Assembly (NCBI GenBank): GCA_003213165.1
Contig: QCNO01000001.1
Span: 202,068-266,067 of the forward strand
Length of the DNA: 64,000 nt
Reading direction: 5' to 3'
Source: OCS155 cluster bacterium AG-426-D23
GTDB taxonomy: Bacteria; Actinomycetota; Acidimicrobiia; Actinomarinales; Actinomarinaceae
Made by a program: the position numbers and the translations under genes
Shown: piece by piece, positions 56,311 to 64,000 of the stretch
Position numbering within the stretch: the stretch's first letter is position 1
Layout of the letters: each line of letters opens with the position of its first letter
Notes under the pieces: model-generated
Told to the model about the DNA's origin: nothing
Databases searched by the model: none
What the model saw: the letters and a program-made list of their open reading frames with translations, nothing else

Positions 56311-56982
56311 ATGATTGCTATTACAGGATCCGGAGAGTTTTTACCATCTATTCTTGATGTTGATAGAAAGCTATTAAATTACCTGGATGATATTCCATAT
56401 GTGCTTACATTCTCTACAGCTGCTGGTAAAGAATCTGATGCAAGACTTTCTTACTGGGAAAATCTTGCAATAGACCATTTCAAAAATTTAAATGTTAGGC
56501 ATACGCACATAGATGCAAGGAATAGAGAAGATTTAAATCAAGATTACGTACTTGAAGAGATGAAACAATCAAATTTTGTATTTTTTTCTGGGGGTTCACC
56601 AAATCACCTATACGACTCTATACATGATTCAGACTTCTCTACTGAGCTGCATCATTTAGAAAAGAGAGGGATTATTGCTGGATGTAGTGCTGGTGCGATG
56701 ATTATGGGAGAGAAAATGATCAAAGGGGTTGGTTTAAATTATTTACCAAACACAATTGTTATCCCACACTATGGAGAGAGTTTTTATTCATGGATCTCCA
56801 ATACTGTAAAGCTTTTAAACAGAGGCAAGTACAAATTACTTTGTTTAGAAAAAGACACATACTTTGTTAAAGATGCTGACCAACTAAGTGTTCTGGGAAA
56901 GCAAAATGTACACATCATATACAAGAAAGAACATCACACATTTTCTGATGGTGACAGAATAGACGTATCATTATTACAATAA
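56311..56982 (+). CDS. Peptidase S51 family (peptidase E/cyanophycinase-like)
   Basis: ITGSGE, FSGGSP, AGCSAGAM, IPHY. ATG 56311 used because the track start overlaps tRNA-Cys. Confidence 0.82.
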   Translation: MIAITGSGEFLPSILDVDRKLLNYLDDIPYVLTFSTAAGKESDARLSYWENLAIDHFKNLNVRHTHIDARNREDLNQDYVLEEMKQSNFVFFSGGSPNHLYDSIHDSDFSTELHHLEKRGIIAGCSAGAMIMGEKMIKGVGLNYLPNTIVIPHYGESFYSWISNTVKLLNRGKYKLLCLEKDTYFVKDADQLSVLGKQNVHIIYKKEHHTFSDGDRIDVSLLQ

Positions 56983-56986
56983 ACAC

Positions 56987-57631
56987 ATGTGTGGAAGATA
57001 CTATATTGACATTGCAAATGATGAACTTTCCTTTGTAAATAACTTTTCTGAAATTGAATATGAACAAAATTTTAACGTAGCACCACAAGCTCATGCACCG
57101 TGCATAATTGATAACAATTTAGTAATTGCTAACTGGGGATATTTTCCAGACTGGTTAAAGAGTCAATCAAATCCAAGGCCTTTATTTAATACAAGGTATG
57201 AGTCGTTGCTTGTGAAAAAAACATTTACTTCAGCATTTAAAAACTCAAGATGTTTAATTCCAATTTCAGGATGGTATGAGTGGAAAGAAGAAGAGGGTAT
57301 CAAACAACCATATTATTTTTTTGACACTTCTGGAAGCTTGTTATTTGCTGCCGGTCTTTATTGGAATAGAAGTAGTGGCGATATTGAAACTTCTATAATC
57401 ACAAGAGAAGCTGTAGATTCCTTACAGTTAATACATAATAGATCTCCATTACTACTAACTAGTGAGCAAAGAGACATATGGTTGTCTGATTTATCTAGTG
57501 AAGAGATTTATTCTGAGATTTTAGATTACACATATGATGATATAGAATTTCATAAAGTGGACAGAGCAGTAAATAATCCCAAAAATAATAATGATTCTCT
57601 TATACAAAAATATGAAGAGGTTCCTTTTTAG
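56987..57631 (+). CDS. SOS response-associated peptidase (SRAP/YedK/HMCES abasic-site crosslinker)
   Basis: N-terminal MCGRY, NVAP, FNTRYE, RCLIPISGWYEW, IHNRSPL, VNNPKNN. Confidence 0.92.
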   Translation: MCGRYYIDIANDELSFVNNFSEIEYEQNFNVAPQAHAPCIIDNNLVIANWGYFPDWLKSQSNPRPLFNTRYESLLVKKTFTSAFKNSRCLIPISGWYEWKEEEGIKQPYYFFDTSGSLLFAAGLYWNRSSGDIETSIITREAVDSLQLIHNRSPLLLTSEQRDIWLSDLSSEEIYSEILDYTYDDIEFHKVDRAVNNPKNNNDSLIQKYEEVPF

Positions 57632-57834
57632 TGAATAGTCAGTCACCTATATATTCCTTAAAATTTACCATTACATGGATTTTTGTATACGGATTTATTG
57701 TGTTTGTTCTGTGGCAGTTTATACAAATATTTTTAGCCTTATATTTAGGACTTTGGGCGTTAAATCTAATTATTGAAATTATTGAAAGGTTATTTTTAAG
57801 GTTCGGCAAAAGAATTATTACTGTAGAGAAATAA
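57631..57834 (+). CDS. Small hydrophobic membrane protein
   Basis: 67 aa, two hydrophobic segments; TAGTG coupling to the SRAP gene. Confidence 0.55.
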   Translation: MNSQSPIYSLKFTITWIFVYGFIVFVLWQFIQIFLALYLGLWALNLIIEIIERLFLRFGKRIITVEK

Positions 57835-57876
57835 TCAATTTATAAAAACTTTAAATGATGCTATATTTCTAAATAC

Positions 57877-57950
57877 GGGAGATTAGCTCAGTCTGGCAGA
57901 GCACTTGCTCGACACGCAAGGGGTCACAAGTTCAAATCTTGTATCTCCCA
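57877..57950 (+). tRNA. tRNA-Val (GAC)
   Basis: Acceptor GGGAGAT/ATCTCCC, anticodon arm CTTGC-TCGACAC-GCAAG, GTTCAAAT; TGnTATATT at 57859-67 upstream. Confidence 0.96.
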
Positions 57951-57954
57951 CAAA

Positions 57955-58452
57955 TTACTCTTTTTCCTTATTTATTACAAAATTAACGTAGGGTGTATTT
58001 AATCCAAGAATTTTTTGTTGTTCATAGTCAAACTTCTCAGCAAAACCTGCAATGTAATAATGTTCATTTAAATTTTCATCACCTTCTGTAAATGCATTTA
58101 GTGCATTATCTCTTCTCTTCCAATATGACTTTTTAAAATCTGGATTGCCTTCATAGAAAAGTGGATTGTATGTAATATTTGAATTTTCTTTTGGAATCAA
58201 TTCATCGCAAACCCCTTTATACTCGTCACCTATTTGTACTTCATATCCACCAAGTCCATATTTATATGCTTTTATGACACAGAATTTATGATATTTGTAT
58301 TCAATAGAATTCCAGATTGACTCTACATGGGAGGTATCTATAAACTCATAATTCTTATTTTCTTTAAATACAATTTTTAATAAATACAGAGCATCAAAGT
58401 AATTAATATATAATTTTTGGTTATTTTCAGATGCGTAGTAATTATCTTTCAT
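57955..58452 (-). CDS. Hypothetical protein
   Basis: 165-aa ORF, aromatic-rich, no recognised motif; TAATGT 7 nt upstream of the ATG. Confidence 0.6.
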   Translation of the reverse strand: MKDNYYASENNQKLYINYFDALYLLKIVFKENKNYEFIDTSHVESIWNSIEYKYHKFCVIKAYKYGLGGYEVQIGDEYKGVCDELIPKENSNITYNPLFYEGNPDFKKSYWKRRDNALNAFTEGDENLNEHYYIAGFAEKFDYEQQKILGLNTPYVNFVINKEKE

Positions 58453-58525
58453 ATCGTATACATTAATATTGTTAAGTTGTAAATAGTTTAAGAAGTATCT
58501 CTAAATAGGCGTATATACTTTGGAT

Positions 58526-59404
58526 ATGAGTAGACAGATTAAGAACATTATTGCAATTACAGTTTTCCTTATTTGCATTAGCTTAATAAATGTTGCAGGT
58601 CAAAATATTGAAATTGAAATAAGAGGGATGAATGCTTTTACGTTTATTTTGATTATCGCTGTACTACTGCAGGTAATATTTTTTATTCCTTCGTTTCTAC
58701 TGAAAACAGAAAAATATTATGACATAGTTGGTAGCTTAACTTACATCATAACTATATCGATTGCATATTTTTCTGTTGAGAATAAAACAATGATAGATTC
58801 AATAATTTACTTCTACGTTATGGTCTGGGCTTCAAGACTTGGGATCTATTTATTTAGAAGAGTAAGAAATGATGGTAAAGACATTCGGTTTGAAAAAGCA
58901 AAAAGACATTTTTTCTGGTTCCTTCAATACTGGATGGGACAAGCACTTTGGGTATCACTAACTGCATGCGCTGCAATTATTGCTATCTTATCACCTGAAG
59001 ATAACACACTACCTGTGTTTGCAATGATTGGTATGGCACTTTGGCTCTCTGGTTTTGCTATTGAATCTATATCTGACTATCAAAAACGAGTATTTAGAAA
59101 AGAAAATAATCCAAGTGAATCCTTCATTCATACAGGCTTATGGGCAAGATCAAGACACCCTAATTATTTTGGCGAAATAACACTTTGGACAGGTATTGCT
59201 GTAATTGCTTTAAATACTTTAACTGGCATTGAATACATAACTCTTATATCACCTGTTTTTGTATATATATTATTAACACGAATGAGTGGTATTAATTTAC
59301 TTGAACGAATAGCAGATGAGCGATATGGTCATTTAGAGGAGTATCAAAGATATAAAAGCACTACTCCTGTACTAATTCCCAATCTATATAAAAATAAGAC
59401 TTAA
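58526..59404 (+). CDS. DUF1295 / steroid 5-alpha reductase family membrane protein
   Basis: EKYYDIVGS, WASRLG.YLF.R, KDIRF, GLWARSRHPNYFGE. Confidence 0.88.
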   Translation: MSRQIKNIIAITVFLICISLINVAGQNIEIEIRGMNAFTFILIIAVLLQVIFFIPSFLLKTEKYYDIVGSLTYIITISIAYFSVENKTMIDSIIYFYVMVWASRLGIYLFRRVRNDGKDIRFEKAKRHFFWFLQYWMGQALWVSLTACAAIIAILSPEDNTLPVFAMIGMALWLSGFAIESISDYQKRVFRKENNPSESFIHTGLWARSRHPNYFGEITLWTGIAVIALNTLTGIEYITLISPVFVYILLTRMSGINLLERIADERYGHLEEYQRYKSTTPVLIPNLYKNKT

Positions 59405-59408
59405 GCTT

Positions 59409-60239
59409 CTAAAAACTATCGAGTCTTTCAAGGAGAACATCTTTTTCCCCAGGCAACATTTCTACAGTATGTTTACTATTTGGAAACTTACCTGAACCTA
59501 CATCGTCTTTGAATCCTTTTAATGCTTTGGATCTCTCTTTGTTCAATTTATTTTTAATCTCTTGACCATTTCCCCAAGATTTAGCATGTCGTGGCATTTT
59601 AATTTCTGATGTTTCGCCACATATATCTTCAAAGAATAAAAACATTACGTCTCCACCAGAACCTGAACCAAGAGAATTTATTACTAGGGATGTATGTTTT
59701 TTAATTTCAATTAATGCATCCTCTGCAACGCACTCAACTTCTACACCAAAAGCGCCTGCATCTTCTAGTCTCTTCATATCTTTCAGTATTGATAAAGCCT
59801 CTTCGGCTGTTTTACCAACAGTCCTAATACCACCATATTTAGTTGCCATTGAAGGTACCATCCCTACATGACCTTGTACTTGCATGCCTTCTTTTGCTAG
59901 CATTTCTACCACATCAAAACTTCTTGGTGTAAGTACGGAATCAGCCCCTGCCATCATTACATCAAATGCACCACGGAGTATTTCTTCATTTGTAATAAAT
60001 CTTCCAGCAAAAAGTGCAGCTGTGATAAATGTGTTCGGTGCTCCATTTCTTACATCTTGATACCAATCACTTCCAGTAATAATCATATCTATACCTTGGT
60101 TAGCAATTATTTCAGCTTCCACTTTATTGGCAGCTGTAACTTGAGTCATTATTTTATTATTTTTTTTATTTTCTAATATGTCACCAACAGTTATATTTCT
60201 TTCAACTTGCTCATGACCAAATGTATAGATACGTTTCAT
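59409..60239 (-). CDS. Divergent PanB-like (ketopantoate hydroxymethyltransferase family) TIM barrel
   Basis: QGHVGMVP, GGIRTVGKTAEEA, LEDAGAF.VEVECV, GSGSGGD; N-terminal metal-binding motifs altered. Confidence 0.72.
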   Translation of the reverse strand: MKRIYTFGHEQVERNITVGDILENKKNNKIMTQVTAANKVEAEIIANQGIDMIITGSDWYQDVRNGAPNTFITAALFAGRFITNEEILRGAFDVMMAGADSVLTPRSFDVVEMLAKEGMQVQGHVGMVPSMATKYGGIRTVGKTAEEALSILKDMKRLEDAGAFGVEVECVAEDALIEIKKHTSLVINSLGSGSGGDVMFLFFEDICGETSEIKMPRHAKSWGNGQEIKNKLNKERSKALKGFKDDVGSGKFPNSKHTVEMLPGEKDVLLERLDSF

Positions 60240-60364
60240 TTGTATAAGTATAAATACATTTAAATATCAATAATTATATTTTCTTAAACCTGTCATTCAC
60301 CAAGGTATAAATTTTTTAAATTGACTACATTTCCTGAATCAGATTCTTCATTACCATATTTAAA

Positions 60365-60565
60365 CTAACAGTTAAATTGTATGAAAAAACAACTATATCT
60401 CCAAAATATGAACGTAAATACTAAAAACATTGCTGCAATAATCATTTTGTAATTTTTAATAAATAAATCATCCAACCAATTATTGTTTTCTTTTTTTTGT
60501 ATCTTTGTAATGTAATTTGTATAAAAAACAATTATAAATATCGCTATCAATAAGATGTACAGCAT
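60365..60565 (-). CDS. Small membrane protein
   Basis: 66 aa, two hydrophobic stretches, 6 nt downstream of the DoxX-like gene. Confidence 0.45.
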   Translation of the reverse strand: MLYILLIAIFIIVFYTNYITKIQKKENNNWLDDLFIKNYKMIIAAMFLVFTFIFWRYSCFFIQFNC

Positions 60566-60571
60566 TAATCT

Positions 60572-61015
60572 TTATTCGTTATCTCTAACTGTGGAGCCAA
60601 CTACTAATGCTGCAGATATAATTATTAGATTTTTTATTATGTATTGACCTTCAAGAGTTAGACCGAATGGAAAGTTTGTAAAACAAATTTCGGGGAATAA
60701 TACAAGTGGCAGAAAAGTACCAGGCATTTGAATAAATAGTAAAATTATAGATATTCTAATCATAGGTTTTATACACATTGTTATACCAATAACGACTTCC
60801 CACCAACCTAGTATGGGTACAAAGGTTTTTGGATTTTCAAACCAGTAAACAGTATTTTCTACTAATTCTTGAGCAGGACTTAATCCGAGTGGCTTAAGGA
60901 TTCCAAACCAAATATATATAATGCCTAGAGAATATCGAAGCAAGGTTATTCCCCATTTTTGCATAAAACTTGTTATGAATATATCTATGTCATTAATGCT
61001 TTTTATGTTTTTCAT
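60572..61015 (-). CDS. DoxX-like membrane protein
   Basis: LLRYSLGIIYIWFGILK, LEGQYIIKNL. Confidence 0.78.
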   Translation of the reverse strand: MKNIKSINDIDIFITSFMQKWGITLLRYSLGIIYIWFGILKPLGLSPAQELVENTVYWFENPKTFVPILGWWEVVIGITMCIKPMIRISIILLFIQMPGTFLPLVLFPEICFTNFPFGLTLEGQYIIKNLIIISAALVVGSTVRDNE

Positions 61016-61071
61016 AACTCAACTTTACGTAAAAAATAAATTTATAAAGAATCAATAAAATAATTTTAAGT

Positions 61072-61989
61072 TTATTGAACTTTTAATGGGTCTCCATACT
61101 CCCATGTGATACTTCCACCCATGTCAAGAGTTCGTACATAATCCATATCATTTTGACTTATTTCAAAATTGAAATCAAAATTTTCTTTCATCCTATCTAA
61201 ATTTACAGTTTTAGGAAGGACTGCAAAATTTTGTTGTACTGCCCATTGCAGTAAGAACTGAGCTTCGGTGCAATTATACTTTTGTGCTAACAACCTAAAG
61301 GGCGAATTTTCACTTTCTCCAATTTTGTACATTTGATCTGTTTTTTTACTATTTTCTCCATCTTTATGCCTCCATGATGACAGTGGAACTAAACTGCTGT
61401 AAGCAATGATATCAATATCATTCTCTCTCAGATATTTAACTAATTCGGGTTTTTGTGACCAGGGATGTATTTCAATTTGATTAGCATCTGGTAAAGGTAA
61501 ATTATTCTCTTTTAATTCATTAATATGATTTATTCCCCAATTTGATACTCCGATATATTTAACTTTCCCAGATTCTTTCAAATTCATTAATGATTTCCAT
61601 TGTTCAATTCTTTTGCTTTTCCCATGCGGTGAATGAATTAAGTAAAGGTCAATATACTCTAGGTTCAATCTCATTAAACTTTTTTCAAAAGATTTAAATG
61701 TGTCTTTATAATCTCTTACTCTATCTAATTTAATAAGACCACCAGGCCAAAGTTTTGTAGTTATAAAAATTTCTTCTCTTTTTAATTGGGTTTCATTGAA
61801 AATTCTTTCTAATGCTCTTGATACCCCATCTTCATTTTTATAAACAGCCGCAGTATCTATATGCCTGTATCCATATTTGATTGCTTCATATGTCATAAAT
61901 TCAGATTCTCTAGAATCCATATTGTATGTACCTAAACCAACTTTCGGTATAATTTGGTCATAACTATTATCCATACAATACAATATCAT
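61072..61989 (-). CDS. Aldo/keto reductase
   Basis: GLGTY, GYRHIDTAAVY, FITTKLW, YIDLYLIH, IGVSN, NQIEIHP, LPKTVN. Start may be ATG 61974. Confidence 0.93.
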   Translation of the reverse strand: MILYCMDNSYDQIIPKVGLGTYNMDSRESEFMTYEAIKYGYRHIDTAAVYKNEDGVSRALERIFNETQLKREEIFITTKLWPGGLIKLDRVRDYKDTFKSFEKSLMRLNLEYIDLYLIHSPHGKSKRIEQWKSLMNLKESGKVKYIGVSNWGINHINELKENNLPLPDANQIEIHPWSQKPELVKYLRENDIDIIAYSSLVPLSSWRHKDGENSKKTDQMYKIGESENSPFRLLAQKYNCTEAQFLLQWAVQQNFAVLPKTVNLDRMKENFDFNFEISQNDMDYVRTLDMGGSITWEYGDPLKVQ

Positions 61990-61994
61990 AAACT

Positions 61995-62108
61995 ATGGTT
62001 GAAAAAGAAATTAGAGAAGCAAGAAGGAATAAGCGTAAACAGAAACACGTTGCAAAACGTAAAGGCCGTTTAGATTTTAGAACAAACAGAACTGGTAAGA
62101 GAAAATAA
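61995..62108 (+). CDS. Small very basic 37-aa peptide (not in ORF track)
   Basis: MVEKEIREARRNKRKQKHVAKRKGRLDFRTNRTGKRK*; fills the gap exactly, its stop abuts the ogt stop; TATCAT 5 nt upstream. Confidence 0.55.
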   Translation: MVEKEIREARRNKRKQKHVAKRKGRLDFRTNRTGKRK

Positions 62109-62375
62109 TTAAATCTCCATCCTTAACAATTGGCTTTTTTTGTCAACGCCACCAGTAGGACTATATCCACCGATAGTTCCATCAGATTTTACGACTCTGT
62201 GACATGGTATTGTTTCAGGATATGGATTTTTACCACAAGCATTAGCAACAGCTCTATAACTTTTTGGATGTCCTATTGCTTCAGCTATTTGCTTATATGT
62301 CCTTGTTTTTCCATATGGTATTTTTGATATTTCTTTCCATACTTTAATTTGAAATTCAGTTCCTTTTAATTTCAT
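62109..62375 (-). CDS. ogt: Minimal O6-methylguanine-DNA methyltransferase (C-terminal domain only)
   Basis: FQ.KVW, IPYGKTRTY, RAVANAC..NP, active-site PCHRV. Confidence 0.88.
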   Translation of the reverse strand: MKLKGTEFQIKVWKEISKIPYGKTRTYKQIAEAIGHPKSYRAVANACGKNPYPETIPCHRVVKSDGTIGGYSPTGGVDKKSQLLRMEI

Positions 62376-62380
62376 ATAAA

Positions 62381-63721
62381 TTATTTATCTATTTTTTTCA
62401 AAAAATCATTTTCATTTATTTTAGTTCCCTTTAAAGCTGAAATATTAAAATAATTGTTTGTTCTTAATGAGTCTTCATATTCAATAGATCCTTTTAAAAA
62501 AGTAAACTTTGTAAGTGGACTTATACTTCCGAACGCCACAAAATCATAGTGTGCAGAATTTTCTAAATAAAAGCCTTCTAATTTTTTTTCGCTATCAATA
62601 AATTCTTTATAAACTTTGATCTCGGTGAGATTATCGTCACCAAAATTTCCGTTGTACCAATCTTCACTGTATATAAAATATGAATTAGAATTTAATAAAA
62701 TCGATCTTTCAAATTTATTAATAATTGGAGTTAAGTAAGGGTCTTGATAGATTACATTATTACATTCAATTCTTTCACAAAATAAATATGCTGAACCACC
62801 TCCAGTAGAATGACCGACAATTGATATATCCTCATAGTCAAATTCATAGTCATTTACTTTCAAAAAATTTAATGTGTTTTCTATGTCTATAGACATTTCG
62901 TTCATAACATTAAACACACTCGAAGAATCTGAACCGTCATTGTATATTGTTCCTGATGGAAGTTCAGTAAACATTGCTAATCCAGTATGATCAATTGCTA
63001 CAACTGCGAAACCTTCTGATGCTATTTTAATTAATTGATCCGTTGCAAATACCTTTTCTCCAGACCAACCATGAGTATAGAATACTATTGGAATGTCACC
63101 TTGAATTTTCTTTAAACCAGTACCAATATCAATAAACGAGAGATTAAGGTGACTAAATAAAAACTTTGGTAAACTTAAATTCCAATTTCTATTCAAATAT
63201 TCAATAACAGGTTCACCCCAATTAGTAGATGCATTTCGAAATATTTGTGTGGGTTCTGTTTCATTGTTACTAGGCAAATAAATATCAACAAGTAATTCTC
63301 TAACTCCGGACTCTTCTAAATTACTTAATTCACTAAAAGCTAATGGTTGTTTTCTATCATCTATGACAATATGTACTTCGTGGTAATCTACTGAATATTT
63401 CTTATCTTCTAAAGTAAATTCTGGAATGGGTAAATAATAGATAATTAAAAAAGATGAAGTAAATAATATAAAAATAAATAAACCAGTAAAAACCTTCAAA
63501 TATCTATTAGACAATGTAAAATTTGTCGTATATTTCACAGCAAAAATGAAAATTATAAAATATAAAGGCATGTACTGCCACTTATAACCCACAGTAAAAA
63601 ATTGTATAATTGCTGTTATCACAGCAAGATATAAAGAATATAGAAATACTCTTTCTGAAATATATCTGTTGAATATTAGTTCCAAAGTAAATAAGAGAAT
63701 GGCAATATCAAAAAAATTCAT
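62381..63721 (-). CDS. Membrane-anchored alpha/beta hydrolase (PAF-acetylhydrolase-like)
   Basis: N-terminal TMs, YTHGWSG, ASEGFAVVAIDH, GHSTGG nucleophile, SAHYDF. Confidence 0.78.
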   Translation of the reverse strand: MNFFDIAILLFTLELIFNRYISERVFLYSLYLAVITAIIQFFTVGYKWQYMPLYFIIFIFAVKYTTNFTLSNRYLKVFTGLFIFILFTSSFLIIYYLPIPEFTLEDKKYSVDYHEVHIVIDDRKQPLAFSELSNLEESGVRELLVDIYLPSNNETEPTQIFRNASTNWGEPVIEYLNRNWNLSLPKFLFSHLNLSFIDIGTGLKKIQGDIPIVFYTHGWSGEKVFATDQLIKIASEGFAVVAIDHTGLAMFTELPSGTIYNDGSDSSSVFNVMNEMSIDIENTLNFLKVNDYEFDYEDISIVGHSTGGGSAYLFCERIECNNVIYQDPYLTPIINKFERSILLNSNSYFIYSEDWYNGNFGDDNLTEIKVYKEFIDSEKKLEGFYLENSAHYDFVAFGSISPLTKFTFLKGSIEYEDSLRTNNYFNISALKGTKINENDFLKKIDK

Positions 63722-63840
63722 ATATTTTTACAATTTAACAGTAATTAAAGATTTAATAAAATCTCATTATTTTAAAAATTATAACGGAACTTCTGTATAG
63801 TTAAGATGTCTTATTAAGACATAGTTAATTAAGGAGATAT

Positions 63841-64000
63841 ATGCCGAAAGGCAAAGTGAAATGGTTTAACTCAACTAAAGGATATGGATTTATTGAACCT
63901 GAAGAAGGCGATAAAGATGTATTTGTTCATATCACAGCTGTAAGAAGCGCTGGTATGCAAAATCTTGATGAAGGTCAGGAAGTAGAGTATGACTTAGTAG
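63841..64000 (+). CDS. Cold-shock protein (3'-truncated by window edge)
   Basis: [27 protein letters not shown] (RNP1/RNP2); SD AAGGAG. Confidence 0.95.
   Translation, partial: MPKGKVKWFNSTKGYGFIEPEEGDKDVFVHITAVRSAGMQNLDEGQEVEYDLV

Noticed and set aside
60293-60367. In-frame continuation (FKYGNEESDSGNVVNLKNLYLGE) after the TAG of the 66-aa ORF
   Set aside because: Only 23 codons, no motif or pyrrolysine context; could be chance or a premature stop, and cannot be decided without homologs.
782-62327. Numerous 60-180 aa antisense/alternate-frame ORFs in the track (e.g. 782-1132, 6282-6827, 18432-18827, 44073-44627, 45747-46193, 55271-55639)
   Set aside because: They lie fully within well-supported genes, lack motifs, and have shadow-ORF composition.
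63806-63822. Palindrome ATGTCTTA-T-TAAGACAT upstream of the csp gene
   Set aside because: It could be a csp 5'UTR element or an operator, but with a 1-nt loop and no second copy there is not enough support to call it.
1-64000. CRISPR arrays, rRNA, IS elements, prophage structural genes
   Set aside because: No regularly spaced repeats, rRNA signatures, transposase motifs or phage structural ORFs were seen.

Overview
AT-rich (roughly 30% GC by eye), very densely packed bacterial chromosome segment. It is most consistent with a streamlined marine actinobacterium (Acidimicrobiia, Ca. Actinomarinales-like). This assignment is an inference from actinobacterial synteny (xerC-rpsB-tsf-pyrH-frr-cdsA-rseP-ispG-proS-rimP-nusA-infB-rbfA-truB-ribF-rpsO-pnp; dapB-dapA-ftsK; cinA-recA-miaB-miaA-dapF-lexA/LysM-nrdR), TCGAAC-N4-GTTCGA SOS boxes, and F420/mycothiol-type enzyme families. 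Core blocks alternate with accessory stretches: about 19 kb between pnp and dapB, a phnDCEE-type transporter plus a redoxin between ftsK and cinA, and a region after tRNA-Val. Three tRNAs are present (Gly-GCC, Cys-GCA, Val-GAC). No rRNA, CRISPR, IS or prophage was seen. Strongest hidden signal: two ORF-track fragments at 47377-47844 (-) form one TlpA-like thioredoxin-fold gene with an in-frame TGA at the first position of the CxxC motif (WADY-U-GL-C), followed immediately by a bacterial SECIS-like hairpin, i.e. a probable membrane-anchored selenoprotein. Other highlights: a UmuD with an extra putative DNA-binding N-terminus, divergent from umuC around a non-LexA palindrome; an orphan homolog of phage thymidine-hypermodification helical domains; a HExxH-vWA/MoxR-AAA pair; dut apparently starting at CTG; pervasive leaderless-promoter geometry; and two small ORFs missed by the track. 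All family assignments come from motif recognition by eye; no database searches were run.
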